62,839 nt of DNA, filler included, from Choristocarpus tenellus KU-1152 (GCA_964200185.2; 7 parts of 7 records of this genome joined end to end with filler, not necessarily neighbours in it), one strand, 5' to 3'; shown: positions 10,081-23,899, counted from the whole stretch's first letter. A program made the numbers and translations. Notes: generated by a model not told the origin, from the sequence alone.

Positions 10081-13000
10081 TTAGGCATAAAGGCTCTCGA
10101 TGAGATCACTGTACTTGTCATGGGTGGGACCACGCTTGAGCTTTAGAGTAGGGGTCAGCTCACCACCTATAAATCAGGGAGGGGTCACACGCACAACACG
10201 AACAAGTTACAAGTTACAAAGGTCTAGGTAGAAGCTCAGCATTAGACGGTTTGGAATGTTCAATGAGAACCAAGACTGAGCATTTCAATCTCATTTGGGC
10301 TTGGATTACAATAAGTTCTATTCAATTTTAAGATGTGCTTAGGGAAGATCAAGAGCAGGAATGTGTAAGATTAACCAAGGCTTTGCCTCTGAACCCTGGC
10401 TCCAAGAGTCCATTTACTCACCCTTCTCAGAGAAGTCGGAGGGGATCAATGCCCACTTCTGCACCACTTGTGCATTGGAGGTAGTGTTCTTGTTGCATGC
10501 CTTCCTGCCTGTCTCAATGTACTCAGTCCACTGCCAAAAAAAGTCAGTCACAAAAAAAAATAAAAGAGACTTAATGAGGATGATTCATATCTGCATGAAA
10601 AATGTACCAAATTCCAGAGTTACAGGACATGGAGTCCAAAGCAGCAATGATCACAATGGCAGAGAAATCCATCTGTCACTCTAACCCCCTATACTCTGCA
10701 CCCGGACTGCCAAGTCAATCACTATCTCAATACACGTCTGGTCATCATCGATATATGAAGGAATCTATCAACCCCCCAAAATGTGGTCAAATTATGTGCG
10801 AAAAACCACACCTAAGCAAGAAAAGGATCTTCAACATCTAGCAAAACCTGAACTAAATATACAGAAAAAAAAGTCACTAAATATAATCTCCCTTCTCACT
10901 CCCGAGATGTGACACAAACCATGCAACAATTCAGCTTGCCTGACCCCAAGTCAGACTCAAAGGTCATTCCATATAATAGTCAATCCATAAAAGCAAATGC
11001 AAGATCACCCTAATCCAGATATGTTACAGTACATTGGATAGGTAGGGTGATTATGCCAAGGCCGAAGCAGCTGGGAGGGGGGTACTGCTGAATTTTAAGG
11101 ACCCTTCTGATGGCACAAATTAGCACCCATATGAGGAGCATGTTTTTTCAATTCTCAGAGAAGACCCATTTCACAGATAAAACAATCCTTATTGGCACCA
11201 ATTTCCAAATGATTTCCATTCCTTTACAAAAACTGAGAGGAATTCCTTCAAAATTGCGACGGTCTCTACACCCCCCCACCCCCCACCCCCCCTGGCTATT
11301 TTTTCCACCAGAACTAATATCTTTGTATGAAGCCTCTACTGCATTAACTTCTTTGCAATTCACAGAACACATGAAATGTGACCATATATATGGACTCCTT
11401 CAAGGTCATTCCTGCACAATATCGTCAAAAATTAACACAACCCAAGGAATCTCTCTACCGAATCTCTGGAGAATTGTACCAACACACACACAACTCAGTG
11501 CTTTATTATCCATTAGACAAACCTTGGCATCCTTGGCAGCTTCATCTGTCGTAGTAGCATCACTGCCAAGTGTCTTGCTCATAAGCAAGGCATCTCCTGC
11601 AAGCTTAGTGGTGGGCACAGCATCATCATCCACCTTGCAAAAACCAAAAGGTAGTTAGCACTCCCAATAACATAAAAAATTAAATATCTCACTCTGGCAT
11701 CTTGTGATTGTTGAAGTTCAAACATCAAAATAAAAAGAAAAAAGCGGAGAGCACATAAGCCTCTCATATGACATTATAAAGCCACTAGTTGATGTGAACA
11801 ACAAAGTCTACAAATTCAATAGTGACAATCATCATCTACAGTTACAAACTTCCAAAACTCCCCTCAATATATATATTTTTTGTCTTGGAATATATGAATA
11901 TGAACGCCTGAGCCATGTCCCTGACTTACCTCTGGACTAAAACAACACACCTCAAAAATTCAATTTGCGTTTGTTGTGACACGATATGCTTTCATCTAGA
12001 CCCCCCAAGCGCTACATCTTGGCCCCACAATTCCAACACATCAAAATTACCCTAGCTCTAAAAAAAAACACATCATGACTTTACCCTTAGACATGAATCA
12101 AAACATAAAAAAGGCTATGAGAGCATAATACATATTCTAATACTCACAATAATTCATTCAATTCCCCCCTTTTGAATCTTTCTTTAAACCCTATGAGAAC
12201 AGTAGACCTTATGAACCCAAGCACACACCACACTCCCTCCACATACAACACTCACAACAGGTAAGGTACTCACCTCAGTCCTAAGAGCAATAAGGATGGA
12301 CAAGAACTTCCGTCGGTCTCCAATCACCATGCAGTTAGCAATGCAGGGCATTTGCTTCTTGAACTCATTCTAAGATTTAAAAAGGTACAAAACAAAAGAA
12401 CCAATTCCAGATACACAAGCAAAAAAGCAGGAACATTTAGAAACGACCTTCAATAGATCCAACGATCTATATGGATCATTTTACTAATAAAACTGGTTTA
12501 TTTTCCCCAAGAGTAGTAATCACAACACAACACAAGAAAAAGAAGAGCTCTTGAAAAATCAGTACAATTCCTGTCAATATATTGAATGAGGTGTTGAAAA
12601 TAAAAACATTACATTACTAGGAACAAACAACTAGCATTCTGAGTTGCAGGATTCAACCAATCAGATCACCAGCGTTCGAAACCAAAAATCAAGGTATACC
12701 TTTTTTCATTGGTTAGATTCTCATGTGTATGCACATTCTCATGCATTTTGCTCACAGAGCCCTTCACCACCCTTCACAATACCCACGATTTATTTTTTAC
12801 TCACACCATTTTTGTTCCCCCCTAACCCTAACCCTAAAAAGGATATCCACAAAACACAGTACATCTTCTTAGGCCATGAAAAGATGCACCCCATCCCCAA
12901 CACAATCCGTGACACTCCACAAATAGGGACAGTTTGCTATGTGAGACATACACTGAAAGATAATAAGACTCATCACACACACTCACCTCAATTAGTACAG

Positions 13001-15052
13001 GTGGAACGTTTTCACCCCCAGCTGTGATGATGAGCTCCTTGATGCGGCCGGTGATGTGCATGAACCCACTGTCAGGATTTGTCAGAGGGGACCAAAAATG
13101 AATAAACCCCACCTCACGTAACCAACTCGCAAAAAAATCTTTGAAATTTATCGACACAATTAACAAACAAAAAAATGTTGCGAGAGTAGTATCAAAACAA
13201 AAAAAATAATACATCTTAACTTGCTCTCTAAAGTCTACTTATACTTCAAACCACCGCAACCCATTGGTGCACACGTTGCCCTCCAAACACATTCCACCAA
13301 TGACTCCAAGATGAGAGGACCTAAGGTCAAGTCAAAGATGAAAAGAAGGAACGTGAGGGAAACAGATAGTACTACCACAAACAAAAAAGACACCAAAACT
13401 TAAAAAAAACATATGTTCAACTATCTTACACACATTTTCTGATCAAGAGCCTTCTTGGAGCACGATCTACAATCAGTTACACATGAAACTGAAAGGCTTA
13501 ACATAATCAATCATCTCATCTCAAAGAAACATCACACAAACAACCCCTCTTCCCTCCCAAGTTCAGGTCACAACCAACAGTCCATAAGAAGGAATCAGTT
13601 TTCATCAGCTAGCATCACAGCACACTGATACAAACACACTACACATTATCCCCAACGACCAAATCAAGGGTTTCCACCACCATTATCACGCCTCAAAATC
13701 CCAACACACATGAATCATCCTTTCTATTAGTACACTAAATAACCTCAAATAAAAGAAGCTACCACCTATGTTTCAAATCATTCAAAAAAAAAAAAACCCA
13801 TCACATGTTTACACATACATTACCACCTCAAACAATACATATATTTTCTCACAAAAAAAAAACTCTTCAAGTGCACTATATACCCACTACCAACAATTCA
13901 CAAGACAAGAGAACACCATTCAAGACCAACTAGCAAGACCAACAAGCATGACCCTAACAGGAAAGACAGAATAGGCAACACAGTGAGACACTCACTTAGG
14001 TCCTCGGGTGATTCTGGCATCACCATCATCATCAAAGGACGCAACATCTCCACTGTGCAACCAGCCATTCGCATCGATGGTCTCAGCAGTCTTCTCAGGG
14101 TTGTGCATGTACCTTGGGAAGGTGTTTCATTTTATTTTTATTTATTTATATATATATATATATATTAAGGGTGGCAAAACACACTCTTGCTTCTTACGAT
14201 ATCGTTACACCAGAGTTTTTTTAGTTTATTAAGTGAGAACAAAGAATGGATATGACTGGAACGAATCCGGTCCTTCCTCTCTGAATGGGTTAAAAAAAAA
14301 CATCAAAAAAATCAGACACCAAAAAAGAAAGGTCACTAGAGTGGGATGAACTGTTCCTGAAAGAGGAAAAATGAGAAGTATTTGAGAACAATATTTTTAA
14401 TCATCCTGTCTAACTGTCTATTAAACATTATTTTAAAATAAAACAATAAAATAAAACACCCGATTCAAATAAAAATAACACAGAGTGTAACTGTTTCATT
14501 GTGAACTGCACAAGAAAAACAAACAATACACTCTTCCCACCATATGATACTCATCTGCTACAAAACTACATTAATGTACATCAATTCGAGCAAAGCATAC
14601 GGTGTCCATAAATATATTTATATTTATATTTATATATTTATATCATATATACATCAATGATCAACCGTCAAGAGGCAAAACCAAAAACTACGAACAACAG
14701 AAAACCCTAACCCTTACAGAACCCAAAAAGAAAAAATAAATACACAAGCATAACAACTCTGAAACGCAAATGCAACGAAAAACCCTACCCCTTACAGCAC
14801 ACAAAAATGAAAAAAAAACTTACAAAAACCCCCTAGAGATGATAGGTAACCAAGAGCCAGTTCTGCTAACCACTAACCACCGCCACATTAAAAAAATTAG
14901 TTGTAGAGATGGCAAAATACAGACCACTCCACTCATCAAGAAAAAGACAACAATCACAAAAACATTAGAGATGTGCATACATACCCCATGAATATATGCC
15001 TTCCACGGTAACACAGTTCTCCGGTCTCACTGTCCAACCTCGACTCCGTTCC
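10081..15052 (-). CDS. ACSBG: Long-chain acyl-CoA synthetase, bubblegum (ACSBG) type, last 7 exons
   Basis: Exons 15052-14985, 14112-13996, 13068-12987, 12369-12274, 11633-11523, 10530-10422 and 10166-10081 splice in phase. They encode [55 protein letters not shown] and [17 protein letters not shown]...LYA*. The 5' part is missing at the contig end. Confidence 0.92.
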
Positions 15053-15055
15053 CTG

Positions 15056-15154
15056 CAAAACAAACAAAATATCATTCAAGACAAAAAAAATATCATGCAA
15101 AACAAAAAAAATATCATGCAAAACAAAAAAAATATCATTCAAGACAAAAAAAAA
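15056..15154. repeat. 21-bp tandem repeat (about 4.5 copies) forming the polypyrimidine tract of an ACSBG intron
   Basis: AAAACAAAAAAAATATCATGC and variants repeated. Confidence 0.8.
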
Positions 15155-15247
15155 TAGTCAAAAAGGAGGAGCATGTCCGAAGGTACTGTAGTAGTAAGGT
15201 ATTATTACACATTGAAAGCATATCAAATCATTGTCAGAAGGTGTTAT

Positions 15248-15356
15248 AAGAAAGTATTGGTTAGTTATCAAGAGACTCTTATCTGATGTGAATTGACATT
15301 TATCAGAAAGTATTGGTTAGTTATCAAGAGTCTCTTATCTGATGTGAATTGACATC
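15248..15356. repeat. Direct tandem duplication of about 55 bp
   Basis: AGAAAGTATTGGTTAGTTATCAAGAG(A/T)CTCTTATCTGATGTGAATTGACAT twice. Confidence 0.85.
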
Positions 15357-15671
15357 ACGGCATCCTACCAAAGTGAGGAAAGTAAAGTTCACTGGATGAT
15401 TCTAATCACAGTGTACCAATGAGAAGTTGTACCAATAGCAGTATCATTCATCCATCTCTCTCTTTTTAGGTCTCTCTACAACAGAGGCAGATGCTATTGA
15501 GCTCCTCCAACATAATATGTACCACCTCCCAACACTAGTCGGTTGATATCATATTATATATCATAATATATACACAATACAAATCATATTATATACAGAG
15601 ACAGGACAGCATACAACGCCTTGTTCCACCCTTCCTCATCCAGCATTGACAAGGTCAAGGTACACAACAAA

Positions 15672-15726
15672 ATAGTACATAGTTAATTAATACACAGTAA
15701 ATGTGTATTAATTAACTATGTACTAT
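15672..15726. repeat. Perfect 25-bp inverted repeat with 5-nt loop
   Basis: ATAGTACATAGTTAATTAATACACA-GTAAA-TGTGTATTAATTAACTATGTACTAT. Confidence 0.9.
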
Positions 15727-16181
15727 ATATTCATTTACTATGTACACTAGAAAAAAAACATAATGATGATCCACCCAAGACTTCTTGAACTGGAAGTATG
15801 TACTACGTATTAATACTGAACACAATACAGCATCAATAGTCACTACTGACTGAACCCTAACCCCAACCTGGAAAATATCAAACTAAAAAGAGTAGTAATG
15901 TCACTCTTAACCCTAACCCTATTCGCAGACGTAACAATCACTCCCAGCTACAACCCTAACTATACCCTGAACAAACAACACACTAATAACAGTAATATAA
16001 TGCCATTCTTCACCCCCTGACCCTAACCCATCACTCATCCGCAATGAGCCCATCATTGGACAAAGGTGACATTTTCTTTTTTAAAAGTAAAAAAAAACTC
16101 ACGACAGCGAAGAAAAAAAAAACTTGAAGCACCCCCCACCCCCACAACCCACCCCCCCACCCCCCCCCCACACACCCCCCA

Positions 16182-16281
16182 NNNNNNNNNNNNNNNNNNN
16201 NNNNNNNNNNNNNNNNNNNNNNNNNTTAATTAATTAANNNNNNNNNNNNNNNNNNNNNNNNNNNNNNNNNNNNNNNNNNNN
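16182..16281. other. Artificial contig-joining linker
   Basis: N44-TTAATTAATTAA-N44. Confidence 0.97.
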
Positions 16282-16654
16282 TACCCCCCCCCCCCCCCCC
16301 CCCATACACAGCTCACAGCTCACCTCGGAAGAAGATGTGCATATGTTGTTCAAGTGTTTATGTTTTGTTTCAAATAGGTGTTGATGTAAAAGAAAAAAAA
16401 GTATTTTTTTTTTGCGAAGCATCAGGGTTAGGGCTGAAGATGATTTTTTTTTTCTGTGGATTGAAGGAGAGTGTATTGAGTGAAAAGATAGATACATATA
16501 TATATATGTATATATTTTTTTTGTTACTTGTGTTGCAGACTAACTAACGCCCACAGTTGGTGTTAGGGTTAGGGCTCGAGTTGTACAGTGCACTTTGTGT
16601 ACATGATTTGGTCAGTTTTAACTTGTGACAGTTTCGACAGTTTTGGTATATATA

Positions 16655-16687
<33 letters not shown>

Positions 16688-17039
16688 TTATTTTTCAAGT
16701 AAGAAAAATACATGTATGTGATTGTTGAGGATATTTTTGTAGGGGATGTGACGTGTTTATAGTATCGTGGTCGCCGGTATGTTTTTGTTTTTCAAGAATT
16801 GATTGGTAGGCGTTTTTCATATATACGTAGGAGTTTTTCTTCAAAAAAGGGACCCCATGAGTGATGAGAGGGTGTGGTATGCGTATGCAGTGTGTTAAAA
16901 AAAAACATCCGATTTGGTATCGACTGTTGATTTTTTTTATTTGTATTTATTAATCAAGTAGTTGATTTTGAGTTTCTTGTTTTGTTTTGTTTGGTCAGGG
17001 AGACACTGCATCCTATTTTTTCAATGACTTCTATGTTTG

Positions 17040-17168
17040 ATTAATTTATTGATGTTAGTATGTTTTTGTTTTATTAATTTATTGATGTTAGTATGTTTTT
17101 GTTTTATTAATTTATTGATGTTAATACATTTTTGTTTTATTAATTTATTGATGTTAGTATGTTTTTTA
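17040..17168. repeat. AT-rich tandem repeat, unit about 33 bp, about 4 copies
   Basis: TTAATTTATTGATGTTAGTATGTTTTTGTTTTA repeated. Confidence 0.85.
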
Positions 17169-17904
17169 TTTTGTTGTTGACTCGTTGGTCGTTGGACTCT
17201 CCAGTGCGTTCTGATGTTTACTCATTTGTAGTATGCCTAACCCTATCCCTAAGAGTTAAAATATATATATATATATATATATTTATGTTGACCTGGGAGG
17301 CTTTTCTTAAACCTGTATTGTCCCCCCCATCCCATTTTTGTCTGTTCCCATGCAATGCCTCTATTATCTAATGATTTTTGTGCAGGAGATGTTATGGGTA
17401 GTTCTTGTGTAGTGTGGTGTTGGTAGTGCTATTGGTGTGTTGTGTTGATGTATTGGAATGACAAGATAGTTTGGACTCTGGTAGTGTGCTCTGTTGTGTA
17501 GTATTGATTATGTAGTGCCACTACTTTGCTGTATTGGTACTGTATGCTAATGACAAATCAGTCTGGACAGCATTCAAAAGAAGTTGGGTGGATGGCTCTA
17601 ATTCTACAGTATTTTATGAATAGTATGTATCGACATATGAATAGTATTCAGTATCATTCAGTCATTCAGTATAATACCAGTATTATAGTGTGCTGCTCCT
17701 GTAGTTGAAAAAAAATGAAAGTGGTTTGTTACAGTATGGCACCTGTTGTTACCTTAAGTAGGGCGAAGTAATGTTTCTAATTTCATGTTCCGAGAGCAGT
17801 TTGTTATTTTCTTGTGGGGGAGGGGGGGGAGGCTATTTATGAGTCCTTGCCTCTTACTTTTCTCAATACCTTTGCCTTTGTTAAGTCGGGCACTTAGGTC
17901 AGTC

Positions 17905-18298
17905 CACCGCCCAACCTCCCCATAAGGTATTGCGTTAATACTGCAAAATCAAGTTAATACCCTGAACTGGCAGTTACTTTTTTAATTTTTATGCACCAAA
18001 AAAAAACATGTTTTAGTTGAGTACAGGCTTCTCCAACCTCCCCACAAGGTTTGCATTAATGTGAAATGACAGATAATACCCTGAACTGGTAGTTACTTTT
18101 TTTATTTTTCTCCACCAAAAAAAAATGTATTATTAATTAAGTACAGGCTTTTCCAACCTCCCCCCACAAGGTAATGCGTTAATACTGTGAACTGAAGTTA
18201 ATACCCTGAACTGGCGGTTACTTTTTTCTTAATTTTTCTGCTTCCACCCCCCCCCCCAAAAAAAATGAATAAATAAAATGTTCTTTTGAGTACAGGCT
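17905..18298. repeat. Tandem repeat, unit about 120 bp, 3 copies, ending at a SART1 splice acceptor
   Basis: Units CCAACCTCCC..AAGGT...TAATACCCTGAACTGG..GTTACTTTTTT...AGTACAGGCT. Confidence 0.8.
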
Positions 18299-21200
18299 AC
18301 ACTTGAAGAGCGGAAGCGGGAGAAGGTGGCCGCATTGGAAAAGGAGAAGATAAGGGACGAGAACGACGCAGAGGCACGAAAGATGAAGCAGTCCAAGAGG
18401 TGAGCGGGTGGATCGGCGGGTTTGATTGTCTGAAGTGCAATCAATAGCGGTGCATGGTTTTTGAGTTGATTATGAATGGATGTAGGTTATATTTTATATT
18501 TTTGTGTGCTTTTACGTTTATTTTTTTTTGTTTTAAAGGGTTGGTTGTTGCGGAACCTAAAATATTCGTTGTTTGTCGTTTCGATCTGTTCTCAACAACC
18601 AGAATTTAAAATCCTTCTTGACGTGTACGTGTGTGTGTGTGTACGCTCTTTTTTTTAACTTTTTTTTAAAACTTGAAAAAAAAAATCTCATGCACCTGGT
18701 TATGTTGTTATGTAAGGGATGCCATGGATGTGGAAAGGAATGCTCAGGAGGCGGCCAAGGAGATTAAGGATGCACAGGAAAAGGCTAAGAAGATACAAGC
18801 CAGGTAAAGCCGTCCACCTGCATCTATCGTCAACATGAATACTCTATCGTATTTAAAAAAAAGTCAGAAACAAACAGGCAGGGTGAGCTGGTCTCTATAT
18901 CCATCTAGAGAGACACCTCTCTCTTCTCTATTTAAATGTTCAAATTTAGCCAACTATGTTGCATCATGCTCAGAATCTATTTTTTCTTTTTTGGAAATGT
19001 TCTGTTTCTGGCCTTGAATGGAGTTGTAGGCACTGTAGGCGTGTCTGAGCGCTTTGGGGTACAGGTTTGGAGAAGCAGGAACAGAAACATTGTGTTCTGT
19101 GAGCACAAGCACCGGGCATGTCGATGGTCGATGGTAGTTTTGGCCAAGCATCACGTTGGTCTTGACATATATATATATATATTATGGTGGTGCGTTGGGA
19201 TGCGATTTAGAACAATTTTGTTTTGAATCAAGAACAATTTATGAGTGGTTGCGCTTCAAGAACAATTTACGACGTCTTGTTCTTTTTTATTAGTGTGCTC
19301 GATTGCGTGACTGAAATGACATGTATGCATGTATTATGCAACACACGAATTGAGGCGTGCAGAGCGATGAAATCTGCGAGCAGAACGCACGATGTACATT
19401 TGTGCGAAAACTGTTGGGTCTAAATTTTTTTATATTGAAGAATTGAAGTGGCTTGTTGGATGTTGGATGTTGGATGTCTTGGATATATTTGATTGAGCTA
19501 TTGGCATGGACAAGAATAGGTGTGTATGTGTCTCATCCACGCTTGTGAAGTGTGTGTGCTGATTGGTTCGATCTTCGACAGGTGGACCACAGAAGGTCAG
19601 GAGGAGGAGGGGGGGGAGGAGGAGGAGGAGGAGGAGGTGGACGAAGAAGACCTGGAGCTGATGGCAGAGGGGGCAGAGGACAGCGATGATGATGAGCAGG
19701 CGTGTTCTGTTTTTGTTTTTGGTCACATGCAAAAAAAGGAAATATTAATGATGACTATCTTGATTCTGTAACCTTTATTTAAAATCGTGTTTGCGATTTA
19801 TGGTGTGAATTTCTTATTTGTAACCCAACACCCCAACCCCCCCCCCCCCCCCCCCCCCCCCCCTCTCTTTGCCTTTCCTTTTCTTTTTTTTTTTTTTTTT
19901 TTTTTNNNNNNNNNNCCCACCCACCCACCCCCCTCCTTTCCTGTTGCTGACCTTTACTTTCCCCTTTTTTTGCATTGTTATTGACTGCATTTGTCTTGTA
20001 TATGATTAGCTTGGGTTTGTCCACAAGCAACCTCTGGTTAAGTCTGGGATGGCAGCAACATTGGCGCTCTTGCGGCCGTCTGGAGACTTGGTCGATAAGG
20101 TGGTACACCTTTTGTTGTCTTTTCGTTGGGTGTGTTTTTGGGGGATGAAAAGAAATAAAAATTGGCGACGTGCTATGTAGGTTACATAGAATGGATGATG
20201 ATAAGAGTAGACATGAGATAATGCAGTGTCTTACAATATTTATAGTATATGCCTGGGATTTGTACCATTGTTCTTGCCTTCATTTCAACGTCGGTGTTGT
20301 TATAAGGTTAGGGTTAGGGATGAAAGTGAATCGCTACGACGAAATCTTGTTTTTATTTTGCAGCTCGAAATTGGTCTACCATGTGCGCCAATATTGCTGA
20401 AAAATAAAAATAAAATTGCTCGTGCGTACGACTACGAAGAGTATTATTATTTCATTTTGTTATTGGAGTGATATATATATATATTTCTGGGCATGTGCAT
20501 GCAAACAAGAGGGGAAGGAAAAGGCTCTGTGACACCTGCACCTATGACAGAAATAGGTATCCCTGCTCTGTCTAACTTGTGCTTTGAGAAAGAGAGAGAG
20601 ATGAGAGAGAGATGAGAGAGATGACCCAATGTGCTATCCGTGTCCTCATGTGATGGTGATGGTGATGGTGATGGTGATGATTGTCCAGTTCCACCGAGCT
20701 GGCCGGGCGAAAGATCCGCGTCGCTTCCATGGAGAGAAGGAAGAGACTAGGGAGGACAGGGAAAAGGGGGTTAAGCTGGATTATCGGGATGAGTGGGGTC
20801 GGGAGATCACTAGGAAGGAAGCCTTCCGACAACTTTGTTACCAGGTGTGTAAGAACCAAGATTGCAGACGCGCTCACATGTGTGTGGATATGTGTGTGTG
20901 TTTGACACTGCAGGAATGTGTGTTGTTTTTGTGGTACATGCATGTATTTGTTACCAAGTAGGCACATATTATGTGTGTGTGTAAGGTACAGTGTGGAGTA
21001 TTGTAGGAAGATTTATGTGTGTGTATGTATGTATGTGTGTGTGTATATATGTATGTATGTGTGTATGTAAATATATGTTGTATGTATGTATGTATGTGTG
21101 TGTGTATATATGTAAATATATGTATGTATGTATGTATGTAAATATATGTGTGTATGTATGTATGTATGTGTGTGTGTATATATGTAAATATATGTATGTA

Positions 21201-21513
21201 TGTATGTATGTGTGTGTGTATATATGTAAATATATGTGTGTATGTATGTATGTATGTGTGTGTGTATATATGTAAATATATGTGTGTATGTATGTATGTA
21301 TGTGTGCGCGCAGTATGTAAGGTGAGAAGAGGCATTGGACTGTTGATCTCTCAGGGCCTGATATGACTGTGTAGTATGGTTGTCGTTCACCTGCTGTGAT
21401 AGGTATGTTATTGATAGTCCTGAAACTGAGACATGCAGGTGTGTGTGCTTGGAGAGTGCAGTGATACGAATTGATATACACATGTTATGTTGGGGTTTTT
21501 TGTCGTGTATTTA

Positions 21514-21545
<32 letters not shown>

Positions 21546-22447
21546 GACTCAATAATGTGACATGCATTCTGATCTATATCAGGGGATTACTTGGTGTTGT
21601 GAATCACGACAGTTGAATTGTCATGAATACAATTAATTGGAAGAACCGGACTAGTCAACTGAAAAGGTTAGGGTTTTTTTTTCACAACACAAGCAGAAGG
21701 TCACACAAACTAACCCACCTTCATTTTAGCACGGGATGAACAAGCGATAGTCCATCTCAAATACTATACTGGAGGAGAACACGCCTCTGGAGATGAGAAA
21801 ACCCCAGGAAAGATGAAGTTGGGGAATTAATTATTTTTTGACTCGCAAAGCCGCGCGCCACTCAGCGAGCGACCTGCGTGCGTGCGTTTCGCGCGCATCT
21901 CCGCGCGCGGAAAGTTCAATCGGATTGGTCGAATTTGTTTGGTAGCGAACGGAATTGTAACCGTAAATTGTTTCAGTTCACAGCACTAGTGTTTCTACGA
22001 CATGGAATTTTCTAGGACTGTTCCTTTTTTATTTTTTGTTTCTTCTTCCTACCCCTACCTTTCTTTTTTTATTATTGGAAGAATGTCTGTTCGTGTATAA
22101 CCGCTTGGGATTATATATACTTTTGGTGCGCACGAGAGCGTATACTTACTTATAGTGTGGTTGAATTTATTTATTTTTTGGTGACGGTTTGTGTTGTGTC
22201 CTTGCTCGTCAAACTGATGCTCTGCTTTCGTGTGTGTGCTTTAAAAAAAAAATTATAGCTGACCAATCGGTGGTGGTCTTGATCTGATCCTTTTTTTTTA
22301 TTAGTGTGTGCTATGCCAAGGATCGATACCGATCCTATCATGACGCCCCTGCCTTTTTTTTTTTCATGACGCACACAGGCAGTTTCATGTGTATTAAATT
22401 TATTCCATTTTGATTTCCTTCGACTGCGGCTTTGATGTGCATGGACG

Positions 22448-22479
<32 letters not shown>

Positions 22480-23592
22480 AACACAAACACAAACAGACAC
22501 ACACACATGCTTTTTTTTCTTTTGTCTGGGGTGCCCCACTTTTTGTACATTACTGTATTTTTATTTCTTTAGCGTTTTTGTGTATGTGTTTATCTTTGAT
22601 TTGTGTAAGTAAGCATAACCCAAAATAGCACAGACTGTTGACTTAGATGAAATATTGGAGGTTGCCCTACCAACCCTAAGTGTGGGTTGGCATAAGTGGG
22701 TTGGTCTGATGGTGTTAGGTGTACCGCTGGTGGTGTATGATAATTCCGTCATACCATCACCTGTTTGGTGCAAAGTCACATACCATGCTGCCATGTAAAC
22801 CCCAGGCCAATTTCCATCCCTTGTGGAGTAATTTGACTAATGAACTTTCTATTTCAATAATTTTGAAATAGTTGCTTGGGAGTGCACGTATGTATATTTC
22901 ATGTACTATATCATTGATGCAAGAATTGATGATTAGAGAAACAGTGATGGGGTTCAGGGTTTGAGGGGACACAGGTCCAATATGAAAAGCGAAATTTAGT
23001 CCAATCAAATAGTCCATAAATTCGCATGTAGTGAATAAGATATGCTTGCTTTTACCTTGCAACTTCTCCCCTTCCTTCTTAGAGTATTTTTTTATGTTGT
23101 CTTGTACTAAATATTATATTTTTTAGGGTTAGGGTTAGGGTTAGGGTTAGGGTTAGTATGTCTCAATATATATACATATCTTGTTCTTAATTTGAGAGAA
23201 TCAAAGCAGAGGTGTATGTTGAAGTTTTTTTGTGTGCCGATAGGAATTATTTTATCACATGGTGTACTTGATCCCTATTCAAAGAACAAAAAGATCGAAC
23301 GAGCCTGGAATACTTTTTTTATTAACAGCATTTTCCAGGCTATTGCAAAATAGCTTTGACAGAGAAACTAACTCGGTGCCTCCCCCCCCCTCTCCCCTTC
23401 ACCCAACTCAACTCAACTTCCTCACCCCCATCAACCTATGGGTCCATTGGTGGTCCACCTCTTACACTACACTAACAACAATAAAACTTTTGACAGTTTC
23501 ATGGGTATGGCTCGGGCAAGAAAAAACAGGACAAGCGTATCAAGGCCTTGGAAGAGGAGAAGAAGCGAGAGAGGGCTATGGACTTGCAGACT
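18296..23592 (+). CDS. SART1: U4/U6.U5 tri-snRNP-associated protein 1 (SART-1/Snu66), partial C-terminal region
   Basis: Exons 18296-18399, 18717-18803, 19582-19699, 20010-20099, 20689-20844 and 23497-23592 splice in phase. They encode QPLVKSGMAATLALL and VKLDYRDEWGREITRKEAFRQLCYQ|FHGYGSGKKKQDKRIK, the conserved SART-1 C-terminal signature. Truncated at both ends. Confidence 0.9.
21014..21306. repeat. Compound (TATG)n/(TG)n/TAAATATA micro- and minisatellite in a SART1 intron
   Basis: Higher-order units of TATG, TG and TATATGTAAATATA; it accounts for the HTYI/VCMY pseudo-ORFs. Confidence 0.95.
23123..23156 (+). repeat. Interstitial telomere-like repeat (TTAGGG)5
   Basis: TTAGGGTTAGGGTTAGGGTTAGGGTTAGGGTTAG inside an intron. 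Confidence 0.9.
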
Positions 23593-23692
23593 NNNNNNNN
23601 NNNNNNNNNNNNNNNNNNNNNNNNNNNNNNNNNNNNTTAATTAATTAANNNNNNNNNNNNNNNNNNNNNNNNNNNNNNNNNNNNNNNNNNNN
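23593..23692. other. Artificial contig-joining linker
   Basis: N44-TTAATTAATTAA-N44. Confidence 0.97.
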
Positions 23693-23899
23693 CTTGTAGG
23701 GCTACCTATGTATTACTAATATTGTATATTGTTCGTACTTGTCAGAACTCAAGAAAGAATCCTCACACTCTACGTCTGTTACAAATGTTCGTATTTCTTG
23801 AAACATAACAAGAAAATACTCGTGCTATTCGCGTGTAACAAACGTTTGCACTTCGTTGAAATACAAGAAGAAAAGCTCGCGCTATTCGCCTGTAACAGA

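Noticed and set aside
20874-21483. Long His/Thr/Tyr/Ile and Val/Cys/Met ORFs
   Set aside because: Translations of a TATG/TG satellite within a SART1 intron.
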